From: an uncultured Bacteroidales bacterium
GTDB taxonomy: Bacteria > Bacteroidota > Bacteroidia > Bacteroidales > Muribaculaceae
NCBI GenBank assembly: GCA_947175245.1
Contig: CAMWLW010000001.1
Coordinates: 36,144 to 100,143 of the forward strand
Direction: 5' to 3'
Length of the DNA stretch: 64,000 nucleotides
Part shown: positions 53,641 through 62,573 of the stretch, piece by piece
Layout: every line of letters begins with the position of its first letter
Position numbering within the stretch: position 1 is the stretch's first letter
Translations under genes and position numbers: made by a program
The notes under the pieces: generated by a model
What the model was told of the DNA's origin: nothing
Database searches by the model: none
Seen by the model: the letters and a program-made list of their open reading frames with translations, nothing else

Positions 53641-56439
53641 TTATTCGATTCTTACTGTCGGGGCGCCCTCGAGCATGTCGGCGGCCACCCGGGCCGTGAC
53701 CGTACGGGTCTCGCCCGGCAGCAGCGTGATGAAATTGTCGCTCCAGAACACGGGGTTGACCGACGGGCCGACGGGCGTATCGCCGATGGTCAGATGCTTG
53801 AAGAACGCACACCCGGCGTCGTCACACGCGAGCTTGACCGTCACCAGCCATTCGTCGCCGTCACGCACGGCGGTGACCTCGCGGGTGAGGTTGCCCTGGG
53901 GCAGACGCAGCAGCCAGTAGAAGTTCTGATGCTGACTGTAGCGCCAGTAGGTGTTGTGAGACACCTCGTTGCCGTCGGCATCGGTGAGTGACAGCGTCAC
54001 GAGATACACGGCGGCGAGTTTCTGACCGCGCGGTATCGCCGGCAGCCCGACATAGCTGTTGGGCCCGAGACTGACGGTGTCGCGGCGGCTCCACTGCTGC
54101 TTCATCGAGAAGTCATGGATGCGGGTCTCGAGCACGAGCGGCCCCGTCGGGCGCTGCGTGTTGTTGACCACGGTCAGGCTCTCGGTGTTGGCGTTGAGCT
54201 GTGCGTGCACGGGCTCCATAGCCTTGCGTGTGAAGTAATAGGCGGCGTTGGGGGTCAGATACCAGTCGTACACCTGCCATGCCACATCGGGCCAGCACGA
54301 GTTGAGCTTCCACAGCATCACGCCGGTGGTGATATCCCACGCGCGATGATTGGCGGCCTCGATCATGGCCCGGTAGCCGTCGGCGCTGAGCAGCTGTGAC
54401 TTGAGAACGTAGTCGCGGGCCGACTCGGGGTCGCTGTAGAGCGTGCGGACGGCGTTGTCAAAGCCTCGGTACACGAAGTTGTTGACACACCACGCGCCGT
54501 GCTCGGCCCACACGCTGTCGAGCGGCCACAGGCGGTCGCCGACATCGAACGGCTTGTTGATGGTAGGTATGAATTTCTCGATGCTCTCATAGACGGGCGG
54601 CGCGGGCATGCCCAGCTCGTTTTTGAACATCTGGGTGTACACCTCGTCGATTTTGTCAAAGTAGTAGTCGCTCGGAGCCCAGTTGTAGTCGGGGGCGCCG
54701 TCGTCGGTGGTGCCTATCGGCATATCTTCGGCAAGCCAGGGTGTTAGCTTCTCCACATCCCAGCTTGTCGAGGTTGTCGGTATGAACGGACGCGACGGGT
54801 CGAGCGTGCGAGCCGCCTCGCGGGTGGCTATGTACAGGTCGCGCGCAGGGCACACCTCGTTGACGCCCACCCAGGTCACGATGGCGGGGTGATTGCGGTA
54901 ACGTTTGATCTGGTCGCGCACATGTGCGGCGGCGAGAGCGTGGTCGTCGGGATTGTTCTGGTTGGCACGCCCGGGGAACATACGGTAGCACTGGTGGAAC
55001 ACGTGCCACCACATCAGGCCATACTTGTCACATGCCGCGAGCCACGCGTCGTCGGGCGTGGGCATATCCTCGCTGCCGATGGTGTTGGCACCGAGCTCGG
55101 CCATGAGGCGCACCTGGTCGTAGATGTTACGGGTCGAGTTGTCGAGCAGTATGTCGGGCTGAATCCAGCCGCCGCGCGAGAACACCTCGACGCCGTTGAC
55201 TATGAACACCAGGCCGTGCTCCACATCCTTGCCCAGGTGTGACTCATACTCGCGCTCCATGAGGCGGGTCTCGACCTGCCTCAGACCGAAGTCACACCCG
55301 AAACGGCTCTCTGCACCACCCCGGGGCTTGAACACAAGCTCGAGGTGCTGCAGCGGCTGTGAGCCGTAGCCGTTGGGATACCACAGCGGCGGATTGACAA
55401 TCGACAGCGACTCGTACTCGTCGGGAGTCAGGGTCACGGTCGTCGTGTCACCGGCGCCGATGGTTACATCACGCTTGATGGTGATGGGAGATATGAGAGT
55501 GGAAACCTTTTTCTTATAGGTAATGAAATCAATCTCGGGGAGCGAGCTGATGCGCGCCGTCAGCGTGCCCCTGACGTCGCGGCCCGTATTGTTGACCAGC
55601 GGTACCGTGACGGTGACGCGTGCCAGCGTCGTGTCGCGGCCCGGCAACTCGGTGACCACATGAGGGTCATCGAACGTCACGGGGCCTGTAGCCTCGAGCG
55701 TCACAGGCAGATAGATGCCCATGTTGCGGTCGCGCACCACCGGCGCACAGTCCCATCCGCCGCTCATCTTGAGCGTCTCGTCGCGGTGAATGTCGCCGGC
55801 ATTGCCGCGGTTGGGCCCGAAGAGCGTGAACTGCGTGCCGGGCGACGGATCGCCGGGATGGTCTACCTGATATATCTTGATAGCCACCGCGTTGTCGCGG
55901 CCGGGCTTGATATAGGGCGTAACGTCAAACCTGAAACGGCGGAACATGCCCACGACACTGTCGCGGTCGGCCACCCGATGACCGTTGACCCACACGTCGG
56001 CGCGATAGTTGATGCCGTCCAGATTGAGCCACACCAGCTTGCCGCGCCATGCCGACGGCACCTTGAACTCCACGCGGTACCACCACGGCTGCTGCCACGG
56101 ATTTGACCCGTCTGCCAGGTGGTTGTACTTGTCGAGCCCCAGACGGGCGTTGAACTCATCGCTCACATCGGGTATCAGGTAGTTGTTCATCCCCACCCTC
56201 GGGTCGGGATAGACACCGTCACACACCAGGGCGTTGAGCACCGTCGACGGCACCGTCACATGATGCCACGACGAGTCGTCGAAGCCCACAGCCGACACCG
56301 CGCTGTCCGGCGACGTCACGCCGCCGCTGTGATACAGGCGCCAGCCCTCGGGCGTCAGAGCCCCCGCAGCGAGCGACATGCACGCTGCCATCAAGACCGA
56401 TATGTAGGTTTTTAAATTCAAAACTTCAACGTTATTCAA
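53641..56439 (-). CDS. GH2-family glycosidase (beta-mannosidase / exo-beta-D-glucosaminidase-like clade)
   Basis: Sugar-binding-domain pattern WHHVTVPSTV ... VWLNLDGINYRADVWVNGHRV. GGWDCAPVVRDRNMGIY. TIM-barrel acid/base WVGVNEV. The codon at 56437-56439 is TTG and overlaps the ROK stop by 8 nt. The alternative ATG at 56391 would give a poorer signal peptide, so the start is uncertain. Confidence 0.75.
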   Translation of the reverse strand: MNNVEVLNLKTYISVLMAACMSLAAGALTPEGWRLYHSGGVTSPDSAVSAVGFDDSSWHHVTVPSTVLNALVCDGVYPDPRVGMNNYLIPDVSDEFNARLGLDKYNHLADGSNPWQQPWWYRVEFKVPSAWRGKLVWLNLDGINYRADVWVNGHRVADRDSVVGMFRRFRFDVTPYIKPGRDNAVAIKIYQVDHPGDPSPGTQFTLFGPNRGNAGDIHRDETLKMSGGWDCAPVVRDRNMGIYLPVTLEATGPVTFDDPHVVTELPGRDTTLARVTVTVPLVNNTGRDVRGTLTARISSLPEIDFITYKKKVSTLISPITIKRDVTIGAGDTTTVTLTPDEYESLSIVNPPLWYPNGYGSQPLQHLELVFKPRGGAESRFGCDFGLRQVETRLMEREYESHLGKDVEHGLVFIVNGVEVFSRGGWIQPDILLDNSTRNIYDQVRLMAELGANTIGSEDMPTPDDAWLAACDKYGLMWWHVFHQCYRMFPGRANQNNPDDHALAAAHVRDQIKRYRNHPAIVTWVGVNEVCPARDLYIATREAARTLDPSRPFIPTTSTSWDVEKLTPWLAEDMPIGTTDDGAPDYNWAPSDYYFDKIDEVYTQMFKNELGMPAPPVYESIEKFIPTINKPFDVGDRLWPLDSVWAEHGAWCVNNFVYRGFDNAVRTLYSDPESARDYVLKSQLLSADGYRAMIEAANHRAWDITTGVMLWKLNSCWPDVAWQVYDWYLTPNAAYYFTRKAMEPVHAQLNANTESLTVVNNTQRPTGPLVLETRIHDFSMKQQWSRRDTVSLGPNSYVGLPAIPRGQKLAAVYLVTLSLTDADGNEVSHNTYWRYSQHQNFYWLLRLPQGNLTREVTAVRDGDEWLVTVKLACDDAGCAFFKHLTIGDTPVGPSVNPVFWSDNFITLLPGETRTVTARVAADMLEGAPTVRIE

Positions 56440-57325
56440 ACATCAGAGCCGCGGCGCCTATGAAGCCGGCATTGTTGCCCAGTCCGGCCGTCAGTATATC
56501 CAGATGCTCGGCAGCCTCCTGGGTTATATATTTGGGCAGAAGTCCCTTGACGCGGGTCAGGAACAGGTCGCTCGAGTCTACGACCGAGCCGCCGAGTATC
56601 ACGGCGTCAGGGTCGATGGTGTTGAGCGTCCAGGCCAGTGCGAACACCAGGCCGTCGGCAAACTGGTCGAACACCTTCAGCGCCGATTCCTCACCGGCAC
56701 GCGCGCGCTCGGCAATCTCCTTGCCGCCTATCTCGACGCCGGTCAAGTCCTTGTACATGCGGCTCAGACCCGGGCCCGACACATAGTCCTCGATAACGCC
56801 CTCACGGTAAGGCGACTGCCATATCTCGCCCGAGTTACCCGTGAAACCTGTCCAGATGCGGCCACTGTTGATGAACGCGCATCCTATGCCCGTGCCCAGG
56901 GTGATACCCAGAATCGACTGGCGGCCGCGACCGGCACCCCACACAGCCTCGCCCAGCATCATGGCGTTCGCGTCATTGTTCATGTGCACCTCCTTGCAGG
57001 TGGTGAGCTCGATAATGTTCTTCAGCGGATAGTTGTGCAGCATCGGCAGCGTGTTGCACTTCAGTATCGTGCCCGAAATGATGTCGAGCGGGCCCGAACA
57101 GCCTATGCCGATACCGCGCAGACGGTTCTCGGGCACCTGTGCCAAAGCCTCGTTGAGCAGGTCAAGGATTCCGGCCACGATTTTCTCACGCGGGCCGTAC
57201 GCATTTGTAGGCACCTCACGAGGGGTTCCCAACACTTTGCCGGTGGAATCGACGACTCCACACTTCATTTTCGTACCGCCTATATCAAGGCCAATCGCCA
57301 GGTCACGTGTTCCGATATTTGTCAT
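56432..57325 (-). CDS. ROK-family sugar kinase (cytoplasmic; hexose or N-acetylhexosamine kinase candidate)
   Basis: LAIGLDIGGTKMKCGVVD (ATPase phosphate-1). MNNDANAMMLGEAVWGAG. GIGCAFI. The segment aligned to the ROK zinc motif reads GNSGEIWQSPYREGVIEDYVSG, so the usual His/Cys zinc ligands are absent. No signal peptide. Confidence 0.75.
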   Translation of the reverse strand: MTNIGTRDLAIGLDIGGTKMKCGVVDSTGKVLGTPREVPTNAYGPREKIVAGILDLLNEALAQVPENRLRGIGIGCSGPLDIISGTILKCNTLPMLHNYPLKNIIELTTCKEVHMNNDANAMMLGEAVWGAGRGRQSILGITLGTGIGCAFINSGRIWTGFTGNSGEIWQSPYREGVIEDYVSGPGLSRMYKDLTGVEIGGKEIAERARAGEESALKVFDQFADGLVFALAWTLNTIDPDAVILGGSVVDSSDLFLTRVKGLLPKYITQEAAEHLDILTAGLGNNAGFIGAAALMFE

Positions 57326-57362
57326 ATTGATTTATTATAGCTTAAATTGACAATTAAATACT

Positions 57363-59366
57363 TTAATCGGGCAGAACCGATACATAATCGATCTCGGCCA
57401 CGGGCTTGCTCAGAGTCTCCGAAGTCTCGATCTGCAGATAGAACGTGTCGTGGTTGAAAGGCCAGCCCTGCGGATAATAGGGCAGCGACGAGTCATACAG
57501 GTCTTCCTGAACGTTGATCACACGGCCATCTACGGTGAAGATGACATCTTTCTCAGTCCATTTGCACTCAAGTTCAATCCAGCGGCCGGCGATATTGTCA
57601 TCAATCAAGATCGAACGGCGCGGATTACCGAGGTTATCGCAGTTCTGCATCGTCTGCGAGCCACAATACAGCTCGTCGGGACGCGATGAGTCATACTTCA
57701 GCAGGAACAGTTCGCCGCTCTTGGGCAGCGCACCGAGTTTCTCGTTGGTGGGCAGCAGACGCACGGTGAACGTAGCGCCTGTGATACCGGGCAGAATCTT
57801 GACACGGGCTTTCACGGTGCCATACATGAAGTCATGCTTGCGGCGCGTATCGACGGCAGCCTTGCCCTTCATCACCAGCGAGCCGTTCTCACACTGAACG
57901 ATGCCCGATACATTCCAGTCGGTCTTATCCAGGCTGCTCGACTCAAAATCTGTGGTGAAATCGGGGTTCTTGCCCTCCACCATCCTGCGGCGGCGCTCCT
58001 GTATGAACCATGCGAGAGTGTCGATGAACTCGCGGTCGCGTATGTCGGTCTTCTTGGTGAAGTTGTACATGCCTGCGCCACCCTCATAGTAGGCAATCGA
58101 CGACTCGCGGTAGATGCCGTGACGACGGAACGCCGACATATACTTGATACCGCGGTCGCGCTTACAGTCGGCAAAGTCAACCGAAGCGGCCATGTCAAAC
58201 TCCATCTCCACACCCATGTGATGGCTGTATGCCAGTTCGCACACGCGATCCAGACGCGAATCGGCCACGTTGCGGTCCCAGAAGAAAGTCGGCTGTATGT
58301 AAGCCGCGTCAAAGCCCAGCTGACGCCACTCGCTGAAGCCTACCGATGCAAAGTAGGGAATCCAGTAGAACTGCTTGCCCAGCGAGCGCACATACTCACC
58401 CATCGCTATCGTCACATTGCGGCTGTTCAGCGACTTCTCGGGCATCCAGTAGAAACCGGCTATCTCGATATTCTGGAAGTTGGCTGCGGCAAAACGCTCC
58501 CTCAGTTTGTCGACATACCATTTGCATGCCGCGATACGGTCAGCGTCATTGTTGAAATCGATTTTCTTGCCGTTCAGCTCGCCCCAGTCGGTCTGACCAT
58601 ACTGCGGGTCGGGCATCGAGATAACGATTTTATGCTTGAACGAGGGCTTGCCTATGCGGGCGATCTCCTCGCCAATGCACTGGTCGAGAGCGTGGATAGC
58701 CTTGCCTTTCTCAAAGTGACGGTCTATGAGCCATTCCCAGTCAGATTTAACCGACGGGGTCTTGCCGTTCTGGGTCTCAAAAGTCACACCGCGGCCGCTG
58801 TCAAACTCACAGAACAGGAAACCGTCAAACAGCCAGTCACGCACACCGTGGCGGTTGATATGCACCACATAGGGGCGTATCTGCTCAAGATTGAAATCCA
58901 TGCGCTGTATGCCACCCTGATAGATGAGCACCAGGTCGCGTATATCGTTCTTGAGATAATAGCCGCTCGGGGTGAACACCGGGCCGGTCGACGGCTCGTT
59001 ATACACCGCCCATGCCAGGGTTACGTTATGTGCAAGCTGAGTTATCGCAACATTCTGAGCCACCGCGCGCAGAGTCCTCTGAACCGACGAACCGTTTTCA
59101 TAGCCCTTAGCCACGGCCGTGGCCTCGACATTGTACGTGCCCAGCGGCACTTTCACACCCTGAGTGCTCGTGAAAGTCAGCTCAAGATTATTGCTGGCCT
59201 TGAGGAACTTGATTGAACGCGATTCTATGGTATAGCCGTCAGGAATCGACTCGGTGAAAACCACGTCATATACCGGCTCTACCGGGTCATCATCTTTAGA
59301 ACATGCGACGAATATCAATGCAAATACGACGCACAAATAAAAATGCTTGGCAAATAATCTGCTCAT
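57363..59366 (-). CDS. Surface lipoprotein with an N-terminal beta-sandwich, a DUF4855 core, and a C-terminal GH16/ConA-like jelly-roll carrying a degenerate catalytic motif
   Basis: Lipobox FVAC followed by SKDDDPVE (acidic export-signal-like). The DUF4855 core is paralogous to 44525..45742. The C-terminal ~185 aa read GTVKARVKILPGITGATFTVRLLP ... LPKSGELFLLKY ... FTVDGRV. ELFLLK occupies the place of the GH16 ExDxxE motif (codons at 57696-57716). Confidence 0.65.
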   Translation of the reverse strand: MSRLFAKHFYLCVVFALIFVACSKDDDPVEPVYDVVFTESIPDGYTIESRSIKFLKASNNLELTFTSTQGVKVPLGTYNVEATAVAKGYENGSSVQRTLRAVAQNVAITQLAHNVTLAWAVYNEPSTGPVFTPSGYYLKNDIRDLVLIYQGGIQRMDFNLEQIRPYVVHINRHGVRDWLFDGFLFCEFDSGRGVTFETQNGKTPSVKSDWEWLIDRHFEKGKAIHALDQCIGEEIARIGKPSFKHKIVISMPDPQYGQTDWGELNGKKIDFNNDADRIAACKWYVDKLRERFAAANFQNIEIAGFYWMPEKSLNSRNVTIAMGEYVRSLGKQFYWIPYFASVGFSEWRQLGFDAAYIQPTFFWDRNVADSRLDRVCELAYSHHMGVEMEFDMAASVDFADCKRDRGIKYMSAFRRHGIYRESSIAYYEGGAGMYNFTKKTDIRDREFIDTLAWFIQERRRRMVEGKNPDFTTDFESSSLDKTDWNVSGIVQCENGSLVMKGKAAVDTRRKHDFMYGTVKARVKILPGITGATFTVRLLPTNEKLGALPKSGELFLLKYDSSRPDELYCGSQTMQNCDNLGNPRRSILIDDNIAGRWIELECKWTEKDVIFTVDGRVINVQEDLYDSSLPYYPQGWPFNHDTFYLQIETSETLSKPVAEIDYVSVLPD

Positions 59367-59406
59367 ATATACATTTTATTTAGGTTGTTATTGAATTTTA
59401 ATTGAA

Positions 59407-60465
59407 TCACTCACGTGCCGTGACTTTCGCACCGTGTGTGAAAATACCGGGCTCAATGCCCTTGTACTCACGCGCCCAGGCCTCGATAGCCACCTGCACC
59501 GGGATTATCGACGTGATGGCGAACAGCTCGGGGCGCGGAGCCTCGGCAGCCACCACCGTCAGCCCCTCGCGCGGCGTCATGGCATCCTCACGGTCAGTCA
59601 CAAGCAGCACACGGCCGCCAAAAGCGAGCACATCCTCAATCAGACGGCCAATCTGCTCCCACGTGCCTGACGCAGTCGGAGCGAGAATAACAGCCGCGAA
59701 GCCCGGGCCCACCATCTCGAGCGGCCCGTGGCGGAACTCGCCGCCGGCCAGCGCTTGTGCCGGAGTGTGGCTCGCCTCCATCGCCATCAGGGCCGACTGT
59801 GAGGCCGAAGCCATCACTGTGCCTCGCGCTACAAATTGCAAATAAGACGCGTCGCCCAGGGCGCGAAGCATGCCCGGCAACACGTTGTCCCGTTGATTGA
59901 GCGCCGTCTCTATCGCGCCCGAGAGCCTGTTCCACACATCGGCGTCAAAGCCCTCGCCCGCCATGCGGCGGTCAATCATATATAATACCTGGAAACCTGT
60001 AATAAAAGTCTTGGTCGAGGTCTTTTCCTCGACACCGGCCACAGTGGGCAGCAGGATGTCGGCACGACGTCCCAGAGTGCTCTGAGGCTCATTGGTGATA
60101 ACGGCCAGACGCGGCGTCACACCGCGCTCCGAGAGCCTGTTCACCACATTGACCGTCTCATAGCTCTCGCCGCTTTGCGAGATAGCCACGAGCAGCGTGT
60201 CGCTGTCTACGGCATTGAGTTCATAGTGTAGTAGTTCGCCGGCATTGATAACCGTGACGGCGATACCGTGCTGTGCAAGAAAAACCTGTAACGCACCGGC
60301 CAGGAAGTAAGAACTGCCCATACCGGTCGCAACGACCTTACGCGCCGAGCGGGCAGCCTCGACAAACTTGTCGAGAGCCTCCTGTCCACCCGCCGTCTCA
60401 TAGTGAGCGGCAGTGGCGCTGATAGCGCCGGGCTGGCCAAGGATTTCCTGAAGGAACTGAGTCAT
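59407..60465 (-). CDS. Double-SIS-domain sugar-phosphate isomerase/deaminase (GlmS-C-terminal / AgaS / NagB-II-like), cytoplasmic
   Basis: VVATGMGSSYFLAG and LVAISQSGESYETV in SIS domain 1. A second SIS-like half has FVARGTVMASASQSALMAMEAS. 352 aa with no signal peptide. Confidence 0.7.
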   Translation of the reverse strand: MTQFLQEILGQPGAISATAAHYETAGGQEALDKFVEAARSARKVVATGMGSSYFLAGALQVFLAQHGIAVTVINAGELLHYELNAVDSDTLLVAISQSGESYETVNVVNRLSERGVTPRLAVITNEPQSTLGRRADILLPTVAGVEEKTSTKTFITGFQVLYMIDRRMAGEGFDADVWNRLSGAIETALNQRDNVLPGMLRALGDASYLQFVARGTVMASASQSALMAMEASHTPAQALAGGEFRHGPLEMVGPGFAAVILAPTASGTWEQIGRLIEDVLAFGGRVLLVTDREDAMTPREGLTVVAAEAPRPELFAITSIIPVQVAIEAWAREYKGIEPGIFTHGAKVTARE

Positions 60466-60500
60466 ATTAAACCTGTTAAATGATTAATACTGATTGGTTT

Positions 60501-60578
60501 GGTGGAGTTGAGAAGAGGAGAATGAAAAAAATGGAGAGAGAGGAGCCTGAGCAATCTTGAGAGAGAGAAGAGAGAGAG
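60501..60578. repeat. 78-nt purine-rich (GA-rich) tract on the plus strand, i.e. polypyrimidine on the transcribed minus strand, upstream of the SIS gene
   Basis: ggtggagttgagaagaggagaatgaaaaaaatggagagagaggagcctgagcaatcttgagagagagaagagagagag. By my count 13 of the 78 bases are pyrimidines. It contains short (GA)n runs. Confidence 0.9.
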
Positions 60579-60601
60579 TCAATATCCAAGTAAACAATTT
60601 A

Positions 60602-60636
60602 AATGGGGGCTTGCCCGTCGAGGGTTCACCCCCATT
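60602..60636 (-). terminator. Hairpin downstream of the Ig-repeat lipoprotein gene; candidate terminator or processing site
   Basis: aatggggg (60602-60609) / cccccatt (60629-60636), an 8-bp stem with a structured 19-nt loop. On the minus strand it is followed by taaattgttt. Confidence 0.4.
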
Positions 60637-60665
60637 CGAGAGATTACTTATATATTAACGGGGTT

Positions 60666-62552
60666 TTAGATATCGAAACAGGTTATCTCGTAGGCGATGA
60701 GAGCCTGATCACTGACAAGCATATATACCTGTACGGCAGTTCCGTCTTCTGAACGAGCGAAGATAACGTCATTCATTTCAGTTGCGTTCTTGCCCAGTAC
60801 AGTACCTGTAGTGAAGCTATAGCCCGATGACATACCGGTAACAGTAACGCCCGTACCGGGGACACCTTCATTACCCTTAGCATTACCATCACGAGAGTCA
60901 AACACAAGACCGGTACCCAGCGACTTGGAATTAGGCGACATTGTAATATCGGCTACATAAAGTCTATAAGTCCAGTTACCGTTTGACGAATAGCCATTGG
61001 TTGTAGCGAGCAATTGTGTACCGTTAAATTCAATAACGTCATTACTCCTGGTAACATAGCTCCAGTTCGGTGTCAGGGGTGCAGGACTAACCCACCAGTG
61101 AGATTCGGGCTGTTCAAAAAATACACAACGGTTGTTGGCTGTACCGGCGGGTATATAGAATATGCCCATACGTGCCATACCTTGATCCCATACATAGCTC
61201 CACGGAGCCTCTGAGGTCAACATTCTACACTTAGTCGAACACCACATCGAGGCCGCGCCGGCACCATTTCCGGCCCATTCTACATAAGCCTTGCTATAGG
61301 TACCGTTTACAAACGGGAGGATAACACAACGGGGATGAGCTCTGGAGATTGTACCAATTGCAGCATTACCAGATGTAATATCACCCTTACATGAAATGGT
61401 ATTGAACATATCATAATTATTCTGGCCGTTCACACCCCTGGGTGCACCCTGGAAGTATGAGCCATTCATATCAGCCCATAAAATAGGCTTGGGAGCATTC
61501 TCTATACCGTTCACCCAGGCAAAGATACGTACATTAGGATCGGTAATAACACCGCCATTATAATTGACATTAGAATTGACGTATGTGGCAGCGATTAAAT
61601 GGCCTGCATCGTCAGTACATATAGCTGCGAACGAACGGTCAGTAGGCAGTCCTGTTACGTTTACTTTCACATCCTCAAGATACTTACCTGTAAAGCGGTC
61701 GTACACAGGCATTTTTGAAACATCAAGACGATTGCTGAGAATCAGATAGTCACCTACAACAGCCATCGTCGTATTGGCGCCTACCTCAAATCCCCTGGGA
61801 TCGCTTGTCAAAGGCTGGAAACCGAATAAAGCTGCTGTATAGCCGGCGCCATAATCCTTAATGGCGGGATAGTCTACAACAATATCATACACAGCCTTTG
61901 TAACACCATCTTGAGCTGTTACTGTGATCTGAGGATAATCACTCAGGTCGGCGATTCCGGTTTCAGGATCATAAGCCGAGCACTCAAAAGTAGCCCACGG
62001 TGCAACATTGATAATGGCCGAATGTAAGGCACCGTCAATGGCCGACGATGTCTTGTAGATTGATACTGTGCCATGCTCACCTTCGGCAGCAGGAGCCTTG
62101 ATTATTATCGTAGCACGTTCCATCTCGGTAAGCACAACCGAAGCGATATCGGTTGAGCTCGATTTCACATACTCGGCGAGGATAGTATAAGAGGTAGCAT
62201 GACCCTTATCGTCCAATAGATTTGTACGATAGCCGGCGGCCAGGTCGTGAATACCGCTAATCGAAGGATTGAACGAGTAACCAACAGGAGTAGTAGCCTC
62301 AAGTTTCATCTGAGTGAGGTCACCCATGATAGGATCAGTGTCACTGATGTAATACGGTACCTGAACAGTTATTGTACCTGCCTCGGGATCTATTATAGCA
62401 GGGTACTCATCAGTATTACCCACTATAAATCCTTTGACGCTCAATTGAGCAGTGCCGATACCTTCAAGTCGGTTTATTTCGTCAACCTGGGTACAGCTCG
62501 AGAGCATGACGGTCGAGACAACGAGTCCGGCAAATAAATATTTAATTTTCAT
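60666..62552 (-). CDS. PUL-associated surface lipoprotein with N-terminal Ig-like repeats (DUF5018-like) and a large C-terminal beta-rich domain; surface glycan-binding protein candidate
   Basis: Lipobox MLSSC followed by TQVDE. ITVQVPYYISDTDPIMGDLTQMKLEATTPVGYSFNPSISG ... ATSYTILAEY resembles DUF5018-type modules. The position immediately after SusD is typical of SusE/F-position proteins. Confidence 0.5.
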   Translation of the reverse strand: MKIKYLFAGLVVSTVMLSSCTQVDEINRLEGIGTAQLSVKGFIVGNTDEYPAIIDPEAGTITVQVPYYISDTDPIMGDLTQMKLEATTPVGYSFNPSISGIHDLAAGYRTNLLDDKGHATSYTILAEYVKSSSTDIASVVLTEMERATIIIKAPAAEGEHGTVSIYKTSSAIDGALHSAIINVAPWATFECSAYDPETGIADLSDYPQITVTAQDGVTKAVYDIVVDYPAIKDYGAGYTAALFGFQPLTSDPRGFEVGANTTMAVVGDYLILSNRLDVSKMPVYDRFTGKYLEDVKVNVTGLPTDRSFAAICTDDAGHLIAATYVNSNVNYNGGVITDPNVRIFAWVNGIENAPKPILWADMNGSYFQGAPRGVNGQNNYDMFNTISCKGDITSGNAAIGTISRAHPRCVILPFVNGTYSKAYVEWAGNGAGAASMWCSTKCRMLTSEAPWSYVWDQGMARMGIFYIPAGTANNRCVFFEQPESHWWVSPAPLTPNWSYVTRSNDVIEFNGTQLLATTNGYSSNGNWTYRLYVADITMSPNSKSLGTGLVFDSRDGNAKGNEGVPGTGVTVTGMSSGYSFTTGTVLGKNATEMNDVIFARSEDGTAVQVYMLVSDQALIAYEITCFDI

Positions 62553-62573
62553 AGGATTGTTGTGTTAATAAGT

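Noticed and set aside
60521-60559. A 12-codon ORF (atg aaa aaa atg gag aga gag gag cct gag caa tct tga) inside the purine tract.
   Set aside because: It lies on the strand opposite to all neighbouring genes, has no promoter candidate, and its composition simply reflects the GA-rich tract.
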